Of a stretch of DNA of 64,000 bases, positions 53,583 through 61,393 are shown in pieces. How positions within the stretch are numbered: the stretch's first letter is position 1; each line of letters opens with the position of its first letter. This stretch comes from Candidatus Anstonellales archaeon (GTDB lineage: Archaea; Micrarchaeota; Micrarchaeia; Anstonellales; J096): the NCBI GenBank assembly GCA_038890745.1, contig JAWAFD010000004.1:1-64000 (forward strand), given 5' to 3'. The position numbers and the translations under genes were made by a program. The notes beneath the pieces are model-generated. The model ran no database searches and was not told the origin of the DNA. It was given only the letters and a program-made list of their open reading frames with translations.

Positions 53583-56579
53583 ATGGCAGAAGAAAAAAGT
53601 TTTGTGGATAGGCTTAAAGAAGATAGAGGGGCATTGGCGCTGGCGCTTTTAGCGCTTCTTTTAATTATATTCGGTGTTTTTGCTGTTCTTGGAGGAGCCG
53701 GCGTAGTTACCATGAGCCCGCCAACAAACCTGCAGGCAACAGTAATCTATCCTAATGTCAAACTTACCTGGGACCACTCGGTTGATTATCCAGATCCTTG
53801 CATAGGCTATAATGTATATTGGAGTACAACCCGTGGACAATTAGGGATTTTGCAGAATGCAGAGCCGATTGCGGATACTAAATATACTATTAAAAATGTA
53901 AAACCAGGAACTTATTATGCAACTGCTAGATGTGTTGATAATGCAGGAAATGAGGATGGTAATCTTGAACAGACCGAGGTTAAGGTTGAACTTCAGCCCC
54001 CGTCAGGTCTTTCAATAGTAATAAATGATGGGGCAGAATACACGAACAAAAGAGATGTTACGCTTGCTCTTTCAGCAACAAATGCCGAAGAATGCACGAA
54101 TGCAAATGAAAATATGGATTGGAGCCCGTGGGGTCCGTATACGGTAGAAAAGGAATGGAAGCTTACAGAGAACGCAGGAGGATGCGAAGAGAAAACAGTT
54201 TACTACAAATGCAGAAACGCTGGTGGAGAATCTTCTCCTGTTTCTGACACAATAATTCTTGATACCCTTCCGCCTTCAGTTTCATTCAACGTTCTTTCTG
54301 CAAAGGATAACACACTAACCATACAGATATTTGCGCAGGATGACTGCGTTCGAGGTGTAGATTGTTATGTTTTTGCAGGTAATCAGCAGATTGGCTCCAT
54401 CCAAAATCTTGCTGGGCAGGCTGAGAGAACATATGAGGTTCCGTATGGAACATATCTATTAGCTGTTGCCTGTACTGATGGTGCAGGAAACTCTGGTTCT
54501 GCTGCACTTGAAGTAAATGTTAAGCAACCCGAGAATGCAACAAACAAAACAGAGATATCCATAAAAATAAATAATGATGCTGCTACAACAACCTCTCTTG
54601 ATGTAACCCTAAACCTTTATTGCAGAATAAACGGGGAAACTCCAGATGCTGTTTACTACAGCAGCGCTGAGATGGGTGAGGTTGGGCCTGAAAGCTACAC
54701 AACATCAAGAAGCTGGGAGCTTGATAATAAAGCCCCAGAGCACACTAGAACTTACACAGTTTGTTATAGGTGCGAAAAGGACGATGTTACGGCAAGGGCA
54801 TGCGATTCCATAAGGTATGTTGTTGAAGAAGAAGGTGGAGGAGGCGGAGGTGGCGGAGGTGGCGGTGGCGATGGACAGGTTCCGCCAAAAAACCTTAAAG
54901 CAGAAATAATTGGATACAGAACCCCTATTGGTACCGGATGGCACTTACCGGTGCTAATACCAGATACTGAAGTTACAAAGGGGAGTGGAGAGACTGGAGG
55001 AGTTTACCTGAGCCTCTCTTCAAGCGGTGCAACTGAGTGCAAGGTTTGGAATGAGAAAATAGAAGGCGTAGATACAGGTGATGATGAAGAGAGCGATGTT
55101 GAATGGAGTTCAGACCTTGTAAATAATCCTAGGTATCCTTGGAAGCTTATTCCTTCTATGATAGTGCAGGTTGAACCAGGGCCAGGAGGGGATGAGTTTA
55201 GACCTAAGGCATTTATAATTATTGTTGGGGATGGAAACAGAACAATAAATTATAAATGCAAAAATAATGCAGGTACAACAGGACCGATTAAGGATAGTAT
55301 ATGGTATGATGCAACAAAACCAAGCTCTGTTGTAAGTTTGAGCGGGGAATATAGAACAATGCTTGGTGAGGGAGATATTGGTTTACCAATTATAAACATA
55401 AAGCTTACATGGGAGCCTTCTGTAGATAACTCTTGGAACTGGGAAGGATATACGCACAAAGGAATACAGCTTTACTCTGTTTGCAGAGCATACACCCTAC
55501 AGAACGACCCAACAAAGTCAAAGCACGACTTTGGATGCAAAGACTACACTCCGGCAGAGATCGGATGCGAGGAGGAAAATGGCTATTTTGCGCTTGAGTG
55601 TGCTCTTACTGACTTTGAACTTCCATCCGACCTACTCAGTCAGGGCGGAAAGATGTGCTATGATGTTAGTGCTTGGGACTATGTTGGATGGCAGAGCAGT
55701 GCTGAACGTGTTTGCGTGGATGTTCCACCATCAGGGCCGATAGATAAAGTTCCAGAAATAATATGGGTTGCAATATATGAAGGAGTAGGTGGGATAGGCG
55801 AAGGCGGAGGAGAGGAACTTCAAGCAAAGGAAAGCACTAGTAAAGTTGAAAAGATAGTAGGTAGCGTAAGCAGTCAAAACCCAACATCAGTTATTCTACT
55901 TGCGCAGCCTGCATATGAAGGAGGTGTACCTCTCAGCCCACCACCGGGAGAGAGCGGGGATATGTACACAAGAATTGCAAATGTTCGTGTACGGGTGATG
56001 GCAGTAAATGCAGAGAAGTGCATGCTTGGGAATGATGGGCCTGTAAAAGGTCAGCCAGTATGGAGCGGAACCTGGAGTGACTATAACGGAGACCCAACAA
56101 CATATACATGGACATTAAATGATAAAGAGGGAAGAAGAACAGTATTCGTTAAATGCAAAAATAACTTCGGCGAGTCAGCCATAGCTAGCGATAGTATAAT
56201 CTACGACCACACGCCGCCCGAAGTTGTTGGTACTGATTGGAAGGCGAATTACATAGAAACATGCGAGAAGAACTGGATATATGTTGCATGGAGCGGTGTA
56301 TTCAATGATGCGATTTCAGGTATAAAACAATATACTGTTAGAGAATATACGCGATATCTAATTGGCGGAGGAGGAAAAGGAGGGCCAGCGTATAACTGGA
56401 CAGAGACAGGAAACTGGACAACTCAAGATACATTCTTGTACGACTACAACTTTGTAAAGGATACTACGTACAAATATACAATAACTGCATGCGACAATGC
56501 AGGCAACTGCAATAACGTTGGTGTTACCACGGATCCGGTTACACCAACAAAAGACCCGTACAACGTTCCGTGTGAGTAA
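53583..56579 (+). CDS. large membrane-anchored surface protein with FN3/Ig-like and Cys-containing repeats
   Basis: N-terminal TM, PPTNL..LTWD..GYNVY FN3 pattern, repeated IN.GA..T...VTL / YKC.N..G / SD.I..D modules, poly-Gly linker. Confidence 0.82.
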   Translation: MAEEKSFVDRLKEDRGALALALLALLLIIFGVFAVLGGAGVVTMSPPTNLQATVIYPNVKLTWDHSVDYPDPCIGYNVYWSTTRGQLGILQNAEPIADTKYTIKNVKPGTYYATARCVDNAGNEDGNLEQTEVKVELQPPSGLSIVINDGAEYTNKRDVTLALSATNAEECTNANENMDWSPWGPYTVEKEWKLTENAGGCEEKTVYYKCRNAGGESSPVSDTIILDTLPPSVSFNVLSAKDNTLTIQIFAQDDCVRGVDCYVFAGNQQIGSIQNLAGQAERTYEVPYGTYLLAVACTDGAGNSGSAALEVNVKQPENATNKTEISIKINNDAATTTSLDVTLNLYCRINGETPDAVYYSSAEMGEVGPESYTTSRSWELDNKAPEHTRTYTVCYRCEKDDVTARACDSIRYVVEEEGGGGGGGGGGGGDGQVPPKNLKAEIIGYRTPIGTGWHLPVLIPDTEVTKGSGETGGVYLSLSSSGATECKVWNEKIEGVDTGDDEESDVEWSSDLVNNPRYPWKLIPSMIVQVEPGPGGDEFRPKAFIIIVGDGNRTINYKCKNNAGTTGPIKDSIWYDATKPSSVVSLSGEYRTMLGEGDIGLPIINIKLTWEPSVDNSWNWEGYTHKGIQLYSVCRAYTLQNDPTKSKHDFGCKDYTPAEIGCEEENGYFALECALTDFELPSDLLSQGGKMCYDVSAWDYVGWQSSAERVCVDVPPSGPIDKVPEIIWVAIYEGVGGIGEGGGEELQAKESTSKVEKIVGSVSSQNPTSVILLAQPAYEGGVPLSPPPGESGDMYTRIANVRVRVMAVNAEKCMLGNDGPVKGQPVWSGTWSDYNGDPTTYTWTLNDKEGRRTVFVKCKNNFGESAIASDSIIYDHTPPEVVGTDWKANYIETCEKNWIYVAWSGVFNDAISGIKQYTVREYTRYLIGGGGKGGPAYNWTETGNWTTQDTFLYDYNFVKDTTYKYTITACDNAGNCNNVGVTTDPVTPTKDPYNVPCE

Positions 56580-56594
56580 TCTTTTTTCTTTTTT

Positions 56595-57155
56595 ATGTTT
56601 TTTAAAAACCCTTACATTAAAATTTTTCTTTTTTCTGTTTTTCTAATACTCTTAGTTATTATTATTTCTGCCTATTTTACGAATTATTCGACGTTTTCCA
56701 TGAGCAAGGGAAAAAAGCCAGCTTCGGTTAGACATGGAGAGTGGATGGAATACAGGATGGAACCGGAGAATAAAACAATTTTTTATTATTCCTTAGGTCA
56801 GGATTGCTACAGGATAAAAATTGAAAACGCCACTTTTGATTACTGTATAAACAAAACAGGAATTTTTCCGGACCCTCTTGCTTATTTTTATCTTCCAGTC
56901 ATTCCATACAACAATCGCACGCCATCTTACTATGCTCAATTTGCAAACATCTCTGGTTATGTTTTTGAAATAGATTCAACACATTTCTATTACTCCGGTG
57001 AAACCGAGTATATCGATAGGCCGGCATACATCATAAAAACAAACAAAAACACTACGTATTTAGTTGACAAAGAAAAAGAAATAGCAGTTTTTATTGATTT
57101 TGGTCAGGTTAAGCTGAACCTGACAAATTCGTCTTTCTTACAGAGAGGGGGATGA
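56595..57155 (+). CDS. hypothetical membrane-anchored protein
   Basis: N-terminal TM helix; follows the FN3 gene. Confidence 0.65.
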   Translation: MFFKNPYIKIFLFSVFLILLVIIISAYFTNYSTFSMSKGKKPASVRHGEWMEYRMEPENKTIFYYSLGQDCYRIKIENATFDYCINKTGIFPDPLAYFYLPVIPYNNRTPSYYAQFANISGYVFEIDSTHFYYSGETEYIDRPAYIIKTNKNTTYLVDKEKEIAVFIDFGQVKLNLTNSSFLQRGG

Positions 57156-57294
57156 CCCCCTTTTCTAGCTCCTCCCGGGCTATTTCTATAAAATCCTGCT
57201 CTGGTTTCACTTTTATCAATGGGGGAGAGCCTAAGGCAAGCTGAAATGCCCTTGCACCAAGTATTCTTGCGAGTTCAAATTTATCGTACTCCAT
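57109..57294 (-). CDS. rpoK: RNA polymerase subunit K (Rpo6)
   Basis: KFELARILGARAFQLALGSP, IAREELEKGVIPLSV. Confidence 0.93.
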   Translation of the reverse strand: MEYDKFELARILGARAFQLALGSPPLIKVKPEQDFIEIAREELEKGVIPLSVRKTNLSGSA

Positions 57295-57298
57295 CTAC

Positions 57299-58078
57299 TC
57301 ACCTTTTTCCGCCCCTTTTTCTTTCTTTTGTTTTTTTGGGTTTTATTATTTTTGGGGAAATTCTTTTAATGCTTTCTCCCGCTTCAGCCGACCCCATTCT
57401 TTCTTCAACATGTGGCTTTCTTTCCTCCTGCTCTCTTTTCTTTTTCATTTCCTCAATCTCAATCTGCATCCTGTTTAGCCTTGCTTCAATATCGTTTATC
57501 TTATTTCCGAAATTTGAGATCATCATCGTAAGCCGTTCTATTATTCTTGTTTCCTCCTTCTCAAACTCCTCCTCTCTCTCCATCGCATGCTTTGCTACCT
57601 CGACCTTGCTTAGCATAGTGCTTACAAGCTCTTTGTAATCACTTATGCCCGGAAGAATGATGTCCGATTCCCCAACATTGCTTCCGGCAGTCTCTATTCT
57701 AAGCGTTGCAAGCCCTAAAAGCTTTTCCAATGGGCTTCTTTCTATATTTACATTTTGCATTTTTTCATATGGTACAACATATGTTTCAGTTCTTATAACC
57801 CCCTTCCTTATCCTTATTTCTGTTTTGTCTAATTTATACCTAAATGCTTTATACACAAGCTCTATCCATGCGAAATAGGGAAGCGCAATGAGCAAAAGTA
57901 GGATGAAGAGGACAACAGGTCCGATGCTTGAGTCAAAACCCAGAAAGTTTATATTGAACCTTACTATTGCAAAACTTAGGATGATCCATATCACAAGGAG
58001 TAATAGTATTGCATTGAGCGACCACAGGAACTTTACTTTTCCATCAAGATGAACCCATTCTCCGTTTTCTTCATTCAT
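57299..58078 (-). CDS. bacterial-PH-domain (YdbS-like) membrane protein with coiled-coil tail
   Basis: Two TMs, IRKGVI, VPYEKMQNV, PLEKLLGLATLRIETAG. Start at ATG 58078; the track's longer start runs through tRNA-Trp. Confidence 0.85.
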   Translation of the reverse strand: MNEENGEWVHLDGKVKFLWSLNAILLLLVIWIILSFAIVRFNINFLGFDSSIGPVVLFILLLLIALPYFAWIELVYKAFRYKLDKTEIRIRKGVIRTETYVVPYEKMQNVNIERSPLEKLLGLATLRIETAGSNVGESDIILPGISDYKELVSTMLSKVEVAKHAMEREEEFEKEETRIIERLTMMISNFGNKINDIEARLNRMQIEIEEMKKKREQEERKPHVEERMGSAEAGESIKRISPKIIKPKKTKERKRGGKR

Positions 58079-58165
58079 GATAGTTGTTTGTATTTTATTG
58101 TTTAAAAATGTTTGGGGCTGCTGGGATTTCCACCAGACCAGGGGGTACTTTAACTTATTCTCAGA

Positions 58166-58263
58166 CCCCCTGATGCGGTGAAACAACCCGGAGGGCTTCG
58201 GTGCGACCCAACCCTCCTAAACTTTTGGGTCGCACTTGTTTCACCGCATCACGCTTCCACCCC
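58166..58263. mobile_element. second, inverted copy of the 98-bp repeat (core 58171..58251, perfect 16-bp TIR), inside the tRNA-Trp intron
   Basis: TGATGCGGTGAAACAA...TTGTTTCACCGCATCA; 97/98 identical to the reverse complement of 53294..53391. Confidence 0.7.
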
Positions 58264-58322
58264 CTATCGTATTAGGGGACCAGAGGGGAGGTCAGCTTAT
58301 TAGATGACCCCCCTAGCTCCAA

Positions 58323-58426
58323 CCCCCCTATCTTATACGAGCAAGGGTTAGCCAAGGGGGGACTTAAGCATATTCTTATTCCCCCCTCACGCTTCCACCC
58401 CCCTATTTTATACGAGCAAGGGTTAG
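58323..58426. repeat. 29-bp direct repeat pair (75-bp period) within the tRNA-Trp intron
   Basis: CCCCCCTAT(C/T)TTATACGAGCAAGGGTTAG at 58323..58351 and 58398..58426. Confidence 0.9.
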
Positions 58427-58814
58427 TCAATATAGGGGGTAGTAGAGTAAGGGGGTCTGCGATAAGCAATAGTACCCCCTAGTCTAACGGAGGATACATG
58501 GAACCTAGGGGGAAACTTCCCCCTGGGTTTGGTTTTGAACCCAGATATGCAGGTTTCTTCAACCATCCTCCCCTCAGGTTAAGGGAAGGGGTAGGAGATT
58601 AGAAGGAAATGGGGGAACCGTAGGTTCCCCTGGTTCCTCTCCTGGAGCCTGCCGTGTTGCCTGGTTGCACCACAGCCCCAACGCTTTTATTTCTATTCAG
58701 TATTTATTTAAATGCTTTTTGTTTTGTGTTTTTTGGGGGAGTTTTGCTATTCTTATTTTCCGCCTAAAAAGCAACGCATTTAAAACAATATGCTCAAATC
58801 AACGCGGTGGTTGG

Positions 58815-58994
58815 ATGGACCAGGATGGTCTTAATCTCCCTAGGAAAATTGAAAACGGAGAGGTTGACTTATACTCCCTTTCTGATTCTGAAAAAATAAA
58901 AGCAGGCATATGCCCATCGTGCGGAAACAAACTCATGTTTGCAGAAGGATGTAAGACATGCTACAACTGCGGCTGGAGCGGTTGTGACGGTTAG
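58815..58994 (+). CDS. small zinc-ribbon protein resembling the class II ribonucleotide reductase C-terminus
   Basis: CPSCGNKLMFAEGCKTCYNCGWSGC; GGTGG SD-like motif before ATG 58815. Confidence 0.75.
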   Translation: MDQDGLNLPRKIENGEVDLYSLSDSEKIKAGICPSCGNKLMFAEGCKTCYNCGWSGCDG

Positions 58995-58996
58995 GT

Positions 58997-60307
58997 TTAG
59001 ATTATTTTTACTATCTCTTCCAAAATTTCCTTCTCAAATCCCTTTCTTATTTTGAGCGAAGCCGCCTTATCATGTCCGCCACCGCTTTCTATAAAATCCG
59101 GCGCGGATGATTTTATTTTTTCTATTATTTCATTTGCATTTACTTTTTTCGCTGCCTCATCCGTTACTCGGAAAATAATATATTTTTCGCTATACCCGAG
59201 CACTATCGCATTTTCTCCTTTAACCATATCATAAGCTATGGAGGTTATTTTTCCCCTGCTAGGAAACTCGCCCTTCGTTGCAATCCTATCCAAGTTAAGA
59301 AGATAGATGGTAATACCATCCTTTTCCCTTTTCTTTAGGTTTGCTTTTACGCTTTCCTTCAAGTTCTCCAGTTTTTCCTTCGCCTGCCGGAGCATGGATT
59401 CATAGAGCGCGGGCTTTTCCATAACTTCCCTGTAAAAATCCAAGCTGTTTCCAAAGCTTGAGTATGTTGCAAGGTAATCCAAAACCAAAGCCTTGTTTTT
59501 ATCCTCATCCTCAAAAGGCAAGAGGTCGCTTTTGTCTCCGGCCAGAGATGTTTTTACATATTTTTCAAAATCCATTCCACATGCCCTAGCCACTTCTATG
59601 GCAATATACCCTGCGGTGTGCTTGCTCGCATTTTCTTCGCCAAATTTCCATGGTGATAAAAAACAGGCATACTGCTCAATATTTTTTGCGGGTGGATGGT
59701 GGTCTATTACTATTGTTTCTATTCCATCTGCTTTTAGAAGCTCCAGCCCGCTGATGCTTTCCTCATTTGCTCCAAAGTCAACTAGGATAACAAGCGGCAT
59801 GAAATTATTTCTTGCAGAATTTATGTCTGTGAGTGCATCCCTAACTGAGTATATGGCAGAATTTTGTTGAAATTTTTGTGCATTGAGAATTGAAGAAATC
59901 GCAATCCCACCGACAATACCATCAGCATCTGCATGGAATCTTAAAATAGTAAAACGGTTCAGTTTTTTTGCAACGAGCAGCTTTTTTGCAACCTCCCTTG
60001 CATGCGGAATAAGTTTTTTCATTACTTCTGTTTTTATTATCGGCTCATTTTCCAAAACACGCACGCTTTTTTCTATTTCATCGCATATTCTTTTTCTTTT
60101 TTCTTCGCTTTCCTTTTTTACTTCCTTTGCAACTATCTGTAATGTTTCTCCTCTCAACTGAGTTTCTCCCTTTGCAGTAATAACATCGCCGACATTGTAG
60201 AATTCTTTGCTCAAAACCTCAAGCTGCTCCCTATCCGCAATTGTGAGAACAAAAAAATCCTTTATGTTTTTAACTCTGGTTACTATTCCTGTTTTTTCCA
60301 ATTCCAT
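58997..60307 (-). CDS. RecJ-like DHH phosphoesterase with N-terminal OB fold
   Basis: FHADADG, LVDFG, IDHH, DHHA1 GGGHDKAA. Confidence 0.88.
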   Translation of the reverse strand: MELEKTGIVTRVKNIKDFFVLTIADREQLEVLSKEFYNVGDVITAKGETQLRGETLQIVAKEVKKESEEKRKRICDEIEKSVRVLENEPIIKTEVMKKLIPHAREVAKKLLVAKKLNRFTILRFHADADGIVGGIAISSILNAQKFQQNSAIYSVRDALTDINSARNNFMPLVILVDFGANEESISGLELLKADGIETIVIDHHPPAKNIEQYACFLSPWKFGEENASKHTAGYIAIEVARACGMDFEKYVKTSLAGDKSDLLPFEDEDKNKALVLDYLATYSSFGNSLDFYREVMEKPALYESMLRQAKEKLENLKESVKANLKKREKDGITIYLLNLDRIATKGEFPSRGKITSIAYDMVKGENAIVLGYSEKYIIFRVTDEAAKKVNANEIIEKIKSSAPDFIESGGGHDKAASLKIRKGFEKEILEEIVKII

Positions 60308-60359
60308 AAAGGTATTTATGAACAAGTTTGTTTAAAAACACTTTTTTTCATTCTCTTTT

Positions 60360-60755
60360 ATGTTTAAATTCCTTGAACACACCTCTGATGAGCTTCTCTA
60401 TGTTGAGGCCGAGAATTTCAAAAATGCGGTTTCGGATTTGGCGAATGGTATGATCTATTTGATGGAGACAAAATCAGATGAAAAATCTGTAATAACAGTC
60501 CAGTACAAAAATGAAAAATTGGAGGACTTTGTTGTTCGCCTACTTGAAAAAATTATTGCGGAAATCGAGACCAGACCGTTTCATCCTGTTAGGGCGGAGG
60601 TTTTGGAAGCGAAGGAGAAACCATACTATGCAAAAATAAAATTATATGGAGAGAAAAAAACACCACCCAACCCGATAAAAGCAGTTACCTATCACATGCT
60701 CATTGCAAAAAAAGAAAAGGGAAAGTATATCTTCAGGGTGCTTTTTGATATATAA
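60360..60755 (+). CDS. archease
   Basis: FKFLEHTSD and IKAVTYH, ending in VLFDI. Confidence 0.93.
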   Translation: MFKFLEHTSDELLYVEAENFKNAVSDLANGMIYLMETKSDEKSVITVQYKNEKLEDFVVRLLEKIIAEIETRPFHPVRAEVLEAKEKPYYAKIKLYGEKKTPPNPIKAVTYHMLIAKKEKGKYIFRVLFDI

Positions 60756-61341
60756 CTCTTCTCCCCTCAATCTTGAATTTTCCTTCAGCAAACATCCCAA
60801 CAACCTTTACATAGAGTTTGTGCTCCTCCTTCAAAATTCTCTCTTCCACCTCCTCCGCACTCTTGCAATCTCCTATGTAAACGCATGCCTGATCTATTAT
60901 AGGTCCTCCATCCAAACTTTCATCAACAAAATGAACAGTGCATCCGCTTACCTTAACCCCATGCTCAAATGCCTTTTTTTGCGCATGCATTCCAGTGAAA
61001 GATGGAAGAAGGGCCGGATGAATATTTATTATCTTATTTCTATATCCTTCTAGCAATTCTTTTGTTTTTATTATCCTCATGAAACCTGCTAGGCATACCA
61101 AGTCTGATTTGTACCTGTCCAACAGCTCCTTTATTCTTCTTTCGGCTACTTCCCTACCTTCTCTATAATCCACAAACTCAACCGGAATGTTGTTTGCCTT
61201 TGCTCTCTCTACTGCTTTCGCTTCTTTATTATCCGTAATCAGAACGACAATCTTTGAATTTTTTATCCTTCCATCCTTTATCCCATCGATTATTGCCTGA
61301 AAATTGCTCCCCCTTCCGCTCGCAAGAACAGCGATGTTCAT
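60733..61341 (-). CDS. purN: phosphoribosylglycinamide formyltransferase
   Basis: IAVLASGRGSNFQAI, LAGFMRI, INIHPALLP, SGCTVHFV, DGGPII. Confidence 0.96.
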   Translation of the reverse strand: MNIAVLASGRGSNFQAIIDGIKDGRIKNSKIVVLITDNKEAKAVERAKANNIPVEFVDYREGREVAERRIKELLDRYKSDLVCLAGFMRIIKTKELLEGYRNKIINIHPALLPSFTGMHAQKKAFEHGVKVSGCTVHFVDESLDGGPIIDQACVYIGDCKSAEEVEERILKEEHKLYVKVVGMFAEGKFKIEGRRVIYQKAP

Positions 61342-61393
61342 GAATTTAGAAAGCAGCGCAAAATTATTAAACTCTTTTGCATCAAGAAATTCT

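Larger units (their letters stand above)
58113..58679 (-). tRNA. tRNA-Trp(CCA) with two introns: 87 nt at 37/38 (58555..58641) and 407 nt at 59/60 (58127..58533)
   Basis: Exons GGGGCTG TG GTG..CAC G GCAGG CT-CCA-G | A CCTGC ATAT CTGGG TTCAAA | T CCCAG CAGCCCC A rebuild a full cloverleaf. T-loop BHB: TTCA/TGGA helix with AAA and AAT bulges. TTTAAATA upstream. Confidence 0.93.

Noticed and set aside
54835..54875. GGN repeat tract as a phase-variation site
   Set aside because: Mixed glycine codons encoding an in-frame poly-Gly linker, not a pure repeat.
53490..58112. Integrated element or composite transposon between the two tRNAs
   Set aside because: Contains the core gene rpoK, has no integrase or transposase, and shows no duplicated tRNA 3' end.
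58170..58186. CTGATG..GAAAC resembling a hammerhead ribozyme core
   Set aside because: Lacks the conserved CUGANGA and a stem II, and the segment is sequestered in the 16-bp TIR stem.
58272..58469. 65-aa ORF inside the tRNA-Trp intron as an intron-encoded protein
   Set aside because: TTG start, no RBS, and its repeated peptide only mirrors the DNA repeats; no homing-endonuclease motif.
58127..58533. Possible CRISPR array
   Set aside because: Only two or three degenerate units, the intervening parts are themselves hairpins, and there are no cas genes in the window.
60360..60755. Archease (and cca) near the intron-rich tRNAs as a dedicated splicing locus
   Set aside because: Not co-transcribed with the tRNAs, and neither rtcB nor endA is in the window; proximity may be chance.
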